DNA from: an uncultured delta proteobacterium
GTDB lineage: Bacteria > Desulfobacterota > Binatia > UBA9968
Length of the DNA: 64,000 nt
Direction of reading: 5' to 3'
Assembly: GCA_963816145.1 (NCBI GenBank)
Contig: CAWFJP010000004.1
Location: 320,001-384,000, forward strand
The position numbers and the translations under genes were made by a program. Below are positions 50,034 through 60,318 of the stretch, piece after piece (the first letter of the stretch is position 1; each line of letters opens with the position of its first letter). The notes under the pieces were generated by a model. It made no database searches. It was not told the origin of the DNA and was given only the letters and a program-made list of their open reading frames with translations.

Positions 50034-51164
50034 ATGAAAGTTGCTCTGATTCACGATTGGCTGGTCGGCATGCGCGGCGGCGAGAAGTGTCTGGAAGTTT
50101 TTTGCGAGCTTTATCCGGCAGCCGATCTCTACACCCTGGTTTACGCTCCGGAAAGTATTTCAGCGACGATTCGGCGCATGAATGTGCGCACTTCGTGGCT
50201 GAATCGGCTGCCCTCGGCGCGCAAATACTTTCGCTATTTGCTGCCACTTTTCCCCCAGGCCGTCGAGCAATTCGATCTCGGCGCTTATGACTTAATTCTC
50301 TCGAGTAGCCACTGTGTCGCCAAGGGCGTATTTCCCCATCGCGCGCTCCATCTCGCTTATACTCACTCGCCGATGCGCTATGTGTGGGATTTGCACGACG
50401 CTTATCTTGCCGGCACCAACGGTTCGCTCATGAACCGCGCCGGTTTGGCGCTGTTCCGTTCCTACTTGCAGCGCTGGGACGTACAGAGCACGGCGCGAGT
50501 GGATTCCTTTATTGCGAACTCGTCAAACATCGCGGCCAAGATCGAACGATTTTATGGACGGTCGGCTACCGTGATCTATCCACCGGTGGAGGTTGAGCGG
50601 TTCCATGTCGATGGTGCAGTAAGACCGTTTTACCTGGTGGTTTCGGCGCTCGTGCCCTATAAGCGAATCGATATTGCCGTCCAGGCCTTCAATGCGCTAA
50701 AACTACCGCTAAAGATTGTTGGCATGGGTCCGCTGCGCGATTGCTTGCAGAGGCAAGCTAATGCCAACATTGAATTCCTCGGCTGGCTCGACGATGGTAG
50801 ACTGGCGGACCTGTATGCAGCGTGCCAAGCGTTTATTTTTCCAGGAGAAGAGGATTTTGGTATTGCGCCTCTGGAGGCACAGGCGAGCGGCCGACCCGTG
50901 ATTGCATTCGGACGGGGTGGCTTGATGGAAACCGTTGTCGGGCTGGATGGGGCGTCATCCGAGGCGTGTCCCACGGGTATCTTTTTTGACGAACAGAATG
51001 TTGCTAGCTTAATCGCGGCGGTGCGGCTTTTTGAGCAAAACAAAGATCGATTCGCTGCCGACCCCATTCGCGAGCACGCGGGTAAGTTTGGCCGTGCCCG
51101 ATTCAAGCGGGAAATTGCCGAGCACATCGAAGAGTGTCTGCGCCAATATCGCGGTGGTTCATAA
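50034..51164 (+). CDS. GT4 glycosyltransferase (WbaZ-like mannosyltransferase)
   Basis: MKVALIHDWLVGMRGGEK, HSPMRYVWD, VPYKRID, EDFGIAPLEAQASG. Confidence 0.92.
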   Translation: MKVALIHDWLVGMRGGEKCLEVFCELYPAADLYTLVYAPESISATIRRMNVRTSWLNRLPSARKYFRYLLPLFPQAVEQFDLGAYDLILSSSHCVAKGVFPHRALHLAYTHSPMRYVWDLHDAYLAGTNGSLMNRAGLALFRSYLQRWDVQSTARVDSFIANSSNIAAKIERFYGRSATVIYPPVEVERFHVDGAVRPFYLVVSALVPYKRIDIAVQAFNALKLPLKIVGMGPLRDCLQRQANANIEFLGWLDDGRLADLYAACQAFIFPGEEDFGIAPLEAQASGRPVIAFGRGGLMETVVGLDGASSEACPTGIFFDEQNVASLIAAVRLFEQNKDRFAADPIREHAGKFGRARFKREIAEHIEECLRQYRGGS

Positions 51165-51167
51165 GCC

Positions 51168-52574
51168 ATGCTAAAAAAGCATAGTGAACTGTTTAAGGGG
51201 TTACTGCTGGCGAGCGATCTCTGCTTCGTCAGTATGGCCTGGTGGTTCGCTTTTGCGCTGCGCTTCCATTCGAGTGTTTTTGTCGAAGCGGAGCCGTATG
51301 TACTGCGTCATTACGTGATCGCGTGGCTGGTGATTCTCGGCGTGTGGGCCGTGGTTTTTGAGCTTTGCGACTTTTATCGGCCGCGCCGTTTGTCCACGCA
51401 CCAGCATGAAACCGTTGAGCTCATCAAGGCCTCCGGTCTGGCCGCGATGATCTTTTTCGGGATCATTTTTCTGCTGCGCGAATTGATTCTGTCACGTCTC
51501 GTTGTCGTGCTTTTCTGGTTTTCCAGCCTGTTTTTCCTGAGTCTAAGCCATATTTGTTTTCGCGAGGCGCTGCGAATCGCGCGCCGGCGCGGCTACAACC
51601 AGCGCTACGTTCTAATTATCGGTATGCGCGCCCAAGCCGACGCTCTGCTCGCTCGCTTCAGAGCCTATCGTTATCTCGGCTTACGGATCCGGGGAATTTT
51701 CATGCTTGATGAGGACAACGAAACGAAAATAGCTAGTGATGCTGAATGGATAAGAAGTCCAAACCAACTGGCTGATATAGTTCGAACCGGGGAAATTGAC
51801 CAGGTGTTCGTTGCCTTGCCCCTGGAACAGGCATCCAAGCTTCCGGAAATCCTAGAATGGTTGGGTGACGAACCGGTGACGTTGCATTTTGTTCCAGACT
51901 TGCATGAACTGGCGACCTTGGGCGGTCATTTTGAAGACTTCGATGGACTACAAATCGTGACTTTGCAGTCATCGCCACTCGCCGGTTGGAATGCAGCGTT
52001 GAAGCGCGCGGCCGATCTCGTGTTGGGTGGCTTGGCCCTGCTGATCTGCACGCCGGTCATGGCCGCAGTCGCGCTGGCGATTCGCTGCTCATCAAAAGGG
52101 CCGGTATTCTACCGCCAGGAGCGTATGGGGTTGGACGGCGAGCGCTTCGAGATGCTCAAGTTTCGCACTATGGTGAATGACGCCGAGCAGCATACCGGCC
52201 CAGTGTGGGCAGCCGACGACGATCCGAGGGTAACCCCTTTGGGTCGTTGGTTACGGCATTGGAGCTTTGATGAATTACCACAACTGATCAATGTCTTGCG
52301 CGGTGAGATGAGTCTGGTCGGGCCGCGTCCGGAACGGCCCCCGTTGATCGCCGAGTTTCGTAAGACGATCCCCAAGTATATGCTGCGCCAGAAAGTGAAA
52401 GCCGGCATGACCGGCTGGGCGCAAATTCATGGCTGGCGTGGTAATACTTCCTTAGCGACCCGGATCGAATACGATCTCGACTATATCGAGCACTGGTCCT
52501 TGTGGCGCGATCTCAAAATCCTCGTGCTTACGGTCCTTGGTGGCTTCCGCAACGGCCGGGTGCGCCATTCGTAA
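51168..52574 (+). CDS. wcaJ: undecaprenyl-phosphate glucose phosphotransferase (WcaJ/WbaP family)
   Basis: Four N-terminal TMs, KRAADL, FYRQERMG, KFRTM, DELPQLINVLRGEMSLVGPRPERP, GMTGWAQ. Confidence 0.9.
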   Translation: MLKKHSELFKGLLLASDLCFVSMAWWFAFALRFHSSVFVEAEPYVLRHYVIAWLVILGVWAVVFELCDFYRPRRLSTHQHETVELIKASGLAAMIFFGIIFLLRELILSRLVVVLFWFSSLFFLSLSHICFREALRIARRRGYNQRYVLIIGMRAQADALLARFRAYRYLGLRIRGIFMLDEDNETKIASDAEWIRSPNQLADIVRTGEIDQVFVALPLEQASKLPEILEWLGDEPVTLHFVPDLHELATLGGHFEDFDGLQIVTLQSSPLAGWNAALKRAADLVLGGLALLICTPVMAAVALAIRCSSKGPVFYRQERMGLDGERFEMLKFRTMVNDAEQHTGPVWAADDDPRVTPLGRWLRHWSFDELPQLINVLRGEMSLVGPRPERPPLIAEFRKTIPKYMLRQKVKAGMTGWAQIHGWRGNTSLATRIEYDLDYIEHWSLWRDLKILVLTVLGGFRNGRVRHS

Positions 52575-52585
52575 TCGATAGCGGG

Positions 52586-53863
52586 ATGTGGTTTGCGCGC
52601 AGAGGGGGCAACGCGCGCTCTTGTCGGAGAGTCCGCGCAATAGTGAACATTGACAAGCTTCTAGACTGGTGGCAGCGCGGTGTGATCGCCGCGCTCGGCA
52701 TTTCGATCCTCTTGCTCGGTATCGGCCGCCTGGAATTTTCTAGTTTCAGCCTGAGCGCCTGGAGCGTTTCGCGGACGACTTTCATTTTCTGGTTCTTAGG
52801 GAAATTGCTGCTGCTGTATCACCGTGGTTGGGCCGGGTTCGAACTGCGCCGATTAAGCGGGTTGGCGCCATTAAGTCTATTTTTTCTTGCGGCTACTTTG
52901 TCGTTACTGCCGGATTTTCGCGCGGCGGGCGATTATCGTTACTTTGCTTTCGCCTGTGGGCATGCCGTCGTGGTGGCCGATCTACTCGCGGATAAACAAC
53001 GCGCGCGCTGGACGCTTCTAGCGCTCGGAGTCCTGCCGGCGATCTTGGTCGTGCGCGGCTTGGTTAACGACCCGGCGCTCCTATCTATTAATCTGGCCCA
53101 TCGTTTCGGCTTCCCCCTAGACCACGCAAACAGCGCTGGCTTCGTTTTGGCGTTGACCTTACCGCTAAGTCTCTGGTGTATCGCAACGGAAACAGGGTGG
53201 TGGCGCCGCCTGGCTGTCGTCTCCTGCCTGCTTCAATGGCTCGCCCTAATATTGACATTTTCGCGGGCCGCTTGGCTGGGCGCAACCTTGTCGTTGCTCG
53301 CCTACGCCATCTTGCTCAAACAGTGGAAGCCGATAACCGTCGTCGTTGCAGCGATTTTCGCTGCAATACTGACTTTGCCCTCGTTTCGCGACCGTGTCTT
53401 ATCTATGGCTAATCCGCGGCAGGATGTTGCGATCAGTGAACGGCTGATGCTTGTCAGTGAGGGCATGCGATTGGGAATCGACAAGCCAATTTTGGGCGTG
53501 GGATATGGACGAGGCCGTGTGAAGGAGGCGCTGCGCGGCCGGCTGCGTGGTACCGAATACGAGAATAATTCGCTTTGGCATACGCATAATCTCTATGTGG
53601 AACTGTTTGCTGGAACTGGTCTGCTTGGCCTTGGCGCGTTTTTATGGATGGCCAGCGCAGCATTGATGCGTGCCGCGCGCTCGGCCTGGCAAGCGGCGCG
53701 GCCCGATGCATTGTTGAGCACCGCACTGGCGTCGTCATGGTTTGCCATGATTATTTGTGGACTCGGCGATGTCCCATTTTTTCACCACGAAACTCGAATT
53801 ATGCTGTTTACTCTCTTAGGGTTGATTGTCAGCGCTTGCTCAGTCGGTACCTCGCGCCAATGA
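52586..53863 (+). CDS. O-antigen ligase family protein (WaaL/PglL-like, Wzy_C)
   Basis: Polytopic. HANSAG, LTFSRAAW, SER, PILGVGYG, HTHNLY..LF..TGLLG. Start uncertain (52586 or 52643). Confidence 0.87.
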   Translation: MWFARRGGNARSCRRVRAIVNIDKLLDWWQRGVIAALGISILLLGIGRLEFSSFSLSAWSVSRTTFIFWFLGKLLLLYHRGWAGFELRRLSGLAPLSLFFLAATLSLLPDFRAAGDYRYFAFACGHAVVVADLLADKQRARWTLLALGVLPAILVVRGLVNDPALLSINLAHRFGFPLDHANSAGFVLALTLPLSLWCIATETGWWRRLAVVSCLLQWLALILTFSRAAWLGATLSLLAYAILLKQWKPITVVVAAIFAAILTLPSFRDRVLSMANPRQDVAISERLMLVSEGMRLGIDKPILGVGYGRGRVKEALRGRLRGTEYENNSLWHTHNLYVELFAGTGLLGLGAFLWMASAALMRAARSAWQAARPDALLSTALASSWFAMIICGLGDVPFFHHETRIMLFTLLGLIVSACSVGTSRQ

Positions 53864-53926
53864 GAAATCCTTAGAGCGGAGTTTTGTTTGCCGGAGTGGC
53901 TTAATCTGGTATCATTCGTACCAATT

Positions 53927-54307
53927 ATGGCTGATCGACTGACCCACCCAGATAAACTTGTTGATAAACCATGGGGTTATGAGCTGATTTGGGCTCATAC
54001 CGATCGCTACGTCGGGAAGATACTGCACATCAACAAAGGGGAATCCCTGAGTTACCAGTTTCACAACATCAAGGACGAGACGATTAGGCTGCTCGCTGGC
54101 GTGCTTGAATTGGATATTGAGAAAGATGGCCAGCAACAGAAGCTGCGTTTGGCGGCGGGCGAGAGCTTGCATATTGTGCCGCTGATGAAGCATCGCATGA
54201 TCGCCATTGAGGATTGCGATGTTTTGGAGGTTTCGACGCCGGAACTCGATGACGTGGTCCGTTTGGAAGACCGCTATGGAAGAGCGGTTGCGCCAGTGCG
54301 CAAATAA
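53927..54307 (+). CDS. cupin (mannose-6-phosphate isomerase type II C-terminal-like)
   Basis: KPWGYE, LSYQFH..KDET, HRM, EVSTPELDDVVRLEDRYGR. Confidence 0.87.
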   Translation: MADRLTHPDKLVDKPWGYELIWAHTDRYVGKILHINKGESLSYQFHNIKDETIRLLAGVLELDIEKDGQQQKLRLAAGESLHIVPLMKHRMIAIEDCDVLEVSTPELDDVVRLEDRYGRAVAPVRK

Positions 54308-54327
54308 CCTTGTAACCGGGAATTTTC

Positions 54328-56028
54328 ATGGAAACACAAGCGACCTTTGCTGAGCGTCTCATCGAGCGGCAAATGCTCTCTAGCGAGGAAATGGAGCGGG
54401 TTCGCAAGCTTCAGGAGGAGCAGCATGCTCCGTTGAGCCGCTTGGTGGTCGAGCTGGGTTTTTTGTCGGAAGAAGATCTCCTGCCCGTCATGCGCGATCA
54501 TTTCGATCTGCTGCTGATGTCGCTGCGCGACGTGCCGAACACGCCGTTGCCCATCGAGTTGCCGGCGAGCATCGGCGATTTTTTCAAGTTAGCGCGTATG
54601 GTGCCGGTCAAAATCGAAGGGCGTGAACTGATCGTTGCCATTGCCGATCCTACGGAGCTGTCGCGGTTGCATGCCATCGAGCTGGCGACTGGTCTACGGG
54701 TCAAAGCGGTGCTCGCCAAAGAAAAAGAGATCGCCGCGCGCATCGAAGCTTTGTACGGTGGCAGCTACACTCCGGACGGGACGGCAGAGGAATCCGCGCA
54801 AGCGTTTGATGGGATCGCTGAAGACGAAGATGTCGCCCATCTGCGCGACATGGCGTCGGAAGTACCGGTGATCCGGCTGGTGAATCAGATGCTTGTCCGC
54901 GCCCTCGAAAGCCGGGCGTCGGATGTGCACATCGAGCCCTTCGAAAATCAATTGAAGGTACGATATCGCATCGACGGCATTTTGCACGAAGTCGAGTCGC
55001 CGCCGCGCCAGTTGAAGGGCGCAGTGATCTCGCGCCTGAAAATTCTCGCGCAGCTCAATATCGCCGAGCGGCGACTACCGCAGGATGGCCGGATCAAGAC
55101 TCGATTGGGCGGCAAGGACATCGATCTCCGTATCGCGACCGTGCCGACCCTGTACGGCGAGAGCGTCGTGATCCGCTTGCTCGAACGCGGGCAGATTTTT
55201 ACCCAGTTGGAAACCCTGGGCTTTCCGCCGGTGCAATTGGCGCGCTTTAACGAAATGATTCTCAAGCCCCACGGCATGATCTTGGTCACTGGACCGACCG
55301 GCAGCGGAAAGACCACTACGCTTTATGGCGCGCTGCAGAAGATCAACGATCCGGGCAAGAAAATCATCACCATCGAAGATCCGGTCGAGTATCAGTTGGG
55401 CGGCGTCAATCAGATCCATGTCAAGCCGCAGATCGGTTTGACTTTCGCCAACGGGCTGCGCTCGATCGTGCGCCAAGACCCCGACGTGATCATGGTCGGC
55501 GAGATTCGCGATGCCGAGACCGCCGAGATTGCCGTGCAAGCGGCGCTCACCGGCCATTTGGTATTTTCCACGCTGCATACTAACGATGCCGCCGGCGCAA
55601 TCTCCCGGCTTTTGGAGATGGGCGTGCAGGATTATCTGCTGTCGTCGTCGTTGCTTGGGGTCTTGGCGCAGCGCTTGGTGCGCCGCCTCTGTCCAGACTG
55701 TCGCAAAGAGGTGCCGTTTACTGGTCTGGAAGGCGTGGCGCCCGAGATGGCGCTGGCTAATAGCGAAGCCTTGCATACGATCTGGGAAGCGGCCGGCTGC
55801 GAAGCCTGTAGCGGTACCGGTTACCTCGGTCGTGTCGGTGTCTTTGAGCTTCTGCCGGTGACTGCGGATATTTGCAAGTTGATCAACCAAAAGGCCGATG
55901 CCAACGCCATCCGTAATCTTGCCGTCCAGCAGGGCATGCGTCTACTCCGTGAGGATGCCTGGGATAAAGTACGGCGGGGGATGACGACTTTGGCGGAGGT
56001 CGTGCGTGTGACCCGCGAAGAAGGATAG
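54328..56028 (+). CDS. gspE: type II secretion ATPase GspE
   Basis: ASDVHIEP, AERRLPQDGR, GPTGSGKTTT, RQDPD, TGHLVFSTLH, CxxC pairs. Confidence 0.96.
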   Translation: METQATFAERLIERQMLSSEEMERVRKLQEEQHAPLSRLVVELGFLSEEDLLPVMRDHFDLLLMSLRDVPNTPLPIELPASIGDFFKLARMVPVKIEGRELIVAIADPTELSRLHAIELATGLRVKAVLAKEKEIAARIEALYGGSYTPDGTAEESAQAFDGIAEDEDVAHLRDMASEVPVIRLVNQMLVRALESRASDVHIEPFENQLKVRYRIDGILHEVESPPRQLKGAVISRLKILAQLNIAERRLPQDGRIKTRLGGKDIDLRIATVPTLYGESVVIRLLERGQIFTQLETLGFPPVQLARFNEMILKPHGMILVTGPTGSGKTTTLYGALQKINDPGKKIITIEDPVEYQLGGVNQIHVKPQIGLTFANGLRSIVRQDPDVIMVGEIRDAETAEIAVQAALTGHLVFSTLHTNDAAGAISRLLEMGVQDYLLSSSLLGVLAQRLVRRLCPDCRKEVPFTGLEGVAPEMALANSEALHTIWEAAGCEACSGTGYLGRVGVFELLPVTADICKLINQKADANAIRNLAVQQGMRLLREDAWDKVRRGMTTLAEVVRVTREEG

Positions 56029-56083
56029 GCGCGCAAATCTATTCGGCGATTCCTGATACCAGATCGTGGCGTAAACAATAATT

Positions 56084-57301
56084 ATGGCGTTTTACCAATA
56101 TCGGGCCGCGGACCAAGCCGGTAAAGTCGTCGAGGGCGTAATGGAGGCCGATGCCGAACAGAGCGTCGTGTCGCGCTTGCGCGAGATGGGCTGTATCCCG
56201 CTGCGCATCGCCATGCCGAGCGAGCGCGCGGTTGGTGCGGCGCGCCAGGCACGGCCGCTGTTCGAAAAACGCAAGGTCAGCCAGCAGCAGTTGCTTCAGT
56301 TTACCCGTGAGATGGCCACCTTGCTCAATGCCGGCTTACCGCTTGACCGGAGCCTGTCAATTCTTGGCAATCTGTTTGAAGGCGCTGAATTCAGTAAAAC
56401 CTTGCGCTCGCTGGTTGAAGCCGTGCGCGCCGGCAAATCCCTCGCTGCATCCATGGGTGAACACCCACAAGTTTTCCCACGTATCTATGTCAACATGATC
56501 CGCGCCGGCGAGGCCGGGGGTATATTGGAAAGCGTGCTGCGCTATTTGACCGAGTATTTGGAGAGCACCACGGCGCTCAAGGAGGAGATCAAGTCGGCCT
56601 TGATCTACCCGATCATTCTGGCCACGGCCGCCGGAACCTCATTGATCCTTTTGTTTGTCTTGGTTATTCCAAAGTTCGCCGCTCTGTTTCGCGATAATCG
56701 CAAAGCGATTCCCTGGATCACTCAAGCCGTTATCGGCTTTAGCGAGATGCTGTCCCAGTATGGTTGGCTGATATTGTTGGTGATTACTGTGGTGGCGGCC
56801 GGGGCGATTTTTTACGTGAAAAGTCCGGAGGGTAGAAGCGAGTGGGATCGGCTATGCTTGAAGGCTTGGCTGATCGGCGATTTGGTGCGCAAGTTTGAAA
56901 CCGCCCGTTTCTCGCGGACGCTGTCCGCGTTACTCAGAGGCGGCGTGCCATTGCTCGAAGCGTTGGGCACCGTTCAAGGCGTGGTTGGCAACCGGCTCTT
57001 GTCTCGGGCCATTGGCCAGGTGCAGGTGCGGGTGCGCGAAGGCAAGGGCATGGCGCGACCGTTGAGCGAGAGTGGTTTGTTTCCGATTCTGGCTCTCAAC
57101 ATGATCGCGGTGGGCGAAGAGTCGGGCAAGTTGGATGGCATGTTATCCGAAGTGGCGTCGTTCTACGATCAAGAGGTCAGGCGGTCGACGAAAAGATTAA
57201 CTGCTTTGTTGGAGCCCATATTGATATTGGGGATGGGTCTGATCATCGCAGTGGTCGTCATCTCCATGTTGATGGCGATTTTCAGTATCAATGATATTTA
57301 A
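56084..57301 (+). CDS. gspF: type II secretion inner-membrane platform protein GspF
   Basis: AGLPL, AGEAGG, ALIYP, GEESG, LLEP. Confidence 0.95.
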   Translation: MAFYQYRAADQAGKVVEGVMEADAEQSVVSRLREMGCIPLRIAMPSERAVGAARQARPLFEKRKVSQQQLLQFTREMATLLNAGLPLDRSLSILGNLFEGAEFSKTLRSLVEAVRAGKSLAASMGEHPQVFPRIYVNMIRAGEAGGILESVLRYLTEYLESTTALKEEIKSALIYPIILATAAGTSLILLFVLVIPKFAALFRDNRKAIPWITQAVIGFSEMLSQYGWLILLVITVVAAGAIFYVKSPEGRSEWDRLCLKAWLIGDLVRKFETARFSRTLSALLRGGVPLLEALGTVQGVVGNRLLSRAIGQVQVRVREGKGMARPLSESGLFPILALNMIAVGEESGKLDGMLSEVASFYDQEVRRSTKRLTALLEPILILGMGLIIAVVVISMLMAIFSINDI

Positions 57302-57314
57302 CGAAAATCATCCT

Positions 57315-57737
57315 ATGAACACGATTAAGAACCAAGCTGGGTTTACTCTGATGGAAATGATCATCGTAGTCGTGATCATCGGTCTGTTGGCTGGGCTTGT
57401 CGCGCCAAATTTAATAAAACGTCAAGGGCAAGCCGAGAGCAAAACCGCCAGAGCGCAAATTGAGCTGTTCGGCACGGCCCTCGATACTTTCCGCCTCGAT
57501 GTCGGCCGCTATCCGACCAGCCAAGAAGGACTGGCAGCTTTGATGCAGAAGCCCGGCGGCGCCGACCGCTGGGATGGTCCCTACCTGAAAAAAGATTTGC
57601 CGCCCGATCCGTGGGGTAAGCCCTACACCTACAAGAGTCCGGGGGATCATGGCCCGTACGATATTATTTCCTATGGCGCTGATGGCGCCCCAGGGGGCGA
57701 TGACAACAACCGTGACATTACCAGCTGGGAAAGATAG
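57315..57737 (+). CDS. gspG: major pseudopilin GspG
   Basis: G|FTLME prepilin site, FRLDVGRYPT, WDGPYL, DPWG, SYGADG. Confidence 0.96.
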   Translation: MNTIKNQAGFTLMEMIIVVVIIGLLAGLVAPNLIKRQGQAESKTARAQIELFGTALDTFRLDVGRYPTSQEGLAALMQKPGGADRWDGPYLKKDLPPDPWGKPYTYKSPGDHGPYDIISYGADGAPGGDDNNRDITSWER

Positions 57738-58179
57738 CCGGGGATTTTCCCTCCTTGAGATGGTCTTGGTGCTAGTGGTGATGGGCATCAGCATGGCAAT
57801 CGTCGTGCCCAATATCGGCCGGCGCTTACAGGAGCGCGAGGTGCGCAGTTCGGCGCTCAGCTTGGCTGCGCTGGCGCGGGATCTGCGCAGCCGCGCTTTA
57901 CTCGATGGTATCGCGCAGCAATTGGTCGTCAGCATGCCGAACAATACATACCTCGTTCCAAAACAACGCGAGATTCATCTGCCCCAAGATATCCGCATCG
58001 CCTCCATCGAAGGCGGCGAAGCGGTGGAGCGCGACACCAAGCGATTCTATTTCTTTCCCAATGGCAGCAGCCTAGGCGGCGAGATTGTCATTACCGACAG
58101 TGCCAATGCAATTTCGTATCGCATTCGCATGGAACCTCTCACCGGTAAGATCGAAGTCGCGCGCGGCGATAATTCATGA
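57700..58179 (+). CDS. gspH: minor pseudopilin GspH
   Basis: G|FSLLE, FFPNGSSLGG, LTG. Start uncertain; overlaps gspG. Confidence 0.85.
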   Translation: MTTTVTLPAGKDSRGFSLLEMVLVLVVMGISMAIVVPNIGRRLQEREVRSSALSLAALARDLRSRALLDGIAQQLVVSMPNNTYLVPKQREIHLPQDIRIASIEGGEAVERDTKRFYFFPNGSSLGGEIVITDSANAISYRIRMEPLTGKIEVARGDNS

Positions 58180-58586
58180 AACCTGCCATACGACACAGCA
58201 AAGCCGGATTTACTTTGCTCGAGGTGCTGGTCGCTATGACCATCGTCGGTTTCGGCGTGGTGACATTGCTGCAAATATTTTCCCTCGGCCTGCGCTTGGG
58301 GTCGCGCAGCAACGTCCAGACCGAGGCGATCGCCCAAGGCGCGCGGGTCATGGACGAGTTGCTCGCCCGGCCTATGCTTCGTGACGGTTCCGAGAGTGGC
58401 AGGGTGGCGCCAGCCAGCCGCTGGCGCGCGCAGATTCAAACGCTCCGCGATGCCACGCCATCCCTCAATCTCGGCAGTAACTGGGAACTTAAGGAAATCG
58501 GTTTGGAAATGACCGTGCCTGATGGCGACAGAGAACGCCGGGTAGAGCTCAAGACGTTGCGCCTCGCGCGCAAGGGCAATCCATGA
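58176..58586 (+). CDS. gspI: minor pseudopilin GspI
   Basis: G|FTLLEVLVA and gene position. Confidence 0.85.
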   Translation: MKPAIRHSKAGFTLLEVLVAMTIVGFGVVTLLQIFSLGLRLGSRSNVQTEAIAQGARVMDELLARPMLRDGSESGRVAPASRWRAQIQTLRDATPSLNLGSNWELKEIGLEMTVPDGDRERRVELKTLRLARKGNP

Positions 58587-59251
58587 GTTCGCGATTTAGC
58601 TCGATTCCGTGCGCCGGCACGCCGCCAACAGGGCGCCTTCGGCGCGCTACTGGCTTTACTCTAATCGAAGTGGTGCTGGCTATCTCTATCTTCGCGCTCA
58701 TGGGGGGGGTCCTTTATGGCGCGTTTTCTCTCGGCCACACGGCGGTGGAAAAATCCGAGAAAAGTTTTAACCGCAGCCAACTGACTCGATCCATCGGCGA
58801 TCTCCTGGCGACTTATATCCACTCCGCTTATCCCTACCGCGAGTCGATTCAAGAACAGACGATTTTTTTCGAAGGCGAGCGCGACAGTCTGACTTTCGTC
58901 TCGGCTTACTCGCACGCCATGGGCGGGCGCGGCATGGCTGTGATCGTCATCGAGACGGAGGAGACTGACAACGGCCGGGCGAGATTTCGACTCTCCGAGA
59001 CCACGCCGGTGCGGGTTGGCGCCGATAGCGGCGAAGGCGGGCAGCGCTCTAGCTTGGTGATTCAGGAAGGCGTTCGCGATTTCCAACTCGCTTATCTCGA
59101 TACCGAGGGCGACAAAGAAAACTGGGAGGAGCGCTGGGACGGAAAAGAGCGGCGCCGCCTGCCGCGAGCGGTACGCATGTCGTTTATCGATGCCGAAGGC
59201 AAAGAAGTGCGCTGGGTTTTCCCCTTCATGTTGGCGGTGCTGTCGCAATGA
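58583..59251 (+). CDS. gspJ: minor pseudopilin GspJ
   Basis: G|FTLIEVVLAISI, W..RW, LPRAV. Confidence 0.87.
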   Translation: MSSRFSSIPCAGTPPTGRLRRATGFTLIEVVLAISIFALMGGVLYGAFSLGHTAVEKSEKSFNRSQLTRSIGDLLATYIHSAYPYRESIQEQTIFFEGERDSLTFVSAYSHAMGGRGMAVIVIETEETDNGRARFRLSETTPVRVGADSGEGGQRSSLVIQEGVRDFQLAYLDTEGDKENWEERWDGKERRRLPRAVRMSFIDAEGKEVRWVFPFMLAVLSQ

Positions 59252-60267
59252 GGACCGCGGTTCGAAAAGCGTTCCGCGTACGGCTAGGCAATCAGCGTGG
59301 TGTGGCGCTGATCGTGGTTCTATGGATCTTTATTTTTCTCTTCGTCGTCGCCTTCGATTTTAGCGCCACGGTGCGTGAAGAAGCGGCGGCAACCCATCGT
59401 TTTAGCGATGAGACTCAGGGTTACTATCTGGCTTTGGCGGGTTTTCAGCGCGGCTTGTACGATTTCGTCCAGCAGGCCGGCGGCGGCAACCCGCAGGCCG
59501 ATGCGAAGCAGAATGATTTGTTCGATGGCAGTTGGCGCGAGGAGAAGCTCGGCAGCGGGATGTTTCGTGTGCGGCTGGTTGACGAGGGTGGCAAGATCAA
59601 CCTCAATCGCGTCGACGAGCAGATCTTGCGCCGGGTATTGACCAACCTTGGGGTGGAAGGCTCGGTGGCGGATATTCTGGCAGACTCGATCATGGACTGG
59701 CGCGATCCCGACGACCTTCATCGCACTAACGGCGCGGAAAGCGACTATTATAGTTCGCTGTCGCCGGCTTACACGGCGAAGAACGGGCCTCTCGATAGCG
59801 TCGAGGATCTACTGTGGATTCGCGGCATGACGCCGGCGTTGTTTTACGGCTCTTCTGATGACGCCGGTGATACGCGGTCGGAGCGCGCGCCGCGAGTTGG
59901 GTTGCGCGATGTCTTTACCATCGATAGTCCCATCGACCGGGTCAATCTGCGTACCGCGACGGCGGAAGTGATTCACGCGTTGACCGGCATTCCGATGGAC
60001 AAATGCCGCAACTTCGTCGAGGAACGCAAACGCTTGTCGGAAAAAACCATGACCGACTTGCTGCCGCTCTTGGGTATCGGTTCGGGCGACACGGCGTTGC
60101 AGTCGTTTATATTTACCAACCCATCGGTGGTTGCCGTCGATGCCGAAGGCCGGCCGACGGATGCCCGCGCGGCGCGCCGCGTCAAAGGCGTGGTTCGGCT
60201 GGGCGGCGCCCAGGGATTTGAGATTTTACGCTGGCTGGATCGTGAGATTGGACTATCGCAACCTTGA
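59248..60267 (+). CDS. gspK: minor pseudopilin GspK
   Basis: RG|VALIVVLW, DEGGKINLN, IMDWRD.D, GAESDYY, VNLRTA. Confidence 0.92.
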   Translation: MRTAVRKAFRVRLGNQRGVALIVVLWIFIFLFVVAFDFSATVREEAAATHRFSDETQGYYLALAGFQRGLYDFVQQAGGGNPQADAKQNDLFDGSWREEKLGSGMFRVRLVDEGGKINLNRVDEQILRRVLTNLGVEGSVADILADSIMDWRDPDDLHRTNGAESDYYSSLSPAYTAKNGPLDSVEDLLWIRGMTPALFYGSSDDAGDTRSERAPRVGLRDVFTIDSPIDRVNLRTATAEVIHALTGIPMDKCRNFVEERKRLSEKTMTDLLPLLGIGSGDTALQSFIFTNPSVVAVDAEGRPTDARAARRVKGVVRLGGAQGFEILRWLDREIGLSQP

Positions 60268-60318
60268 GGTTTCATGTAAAATGAACCCGTTAACTGCATT
60301 TATGCCCCGCGAATACCC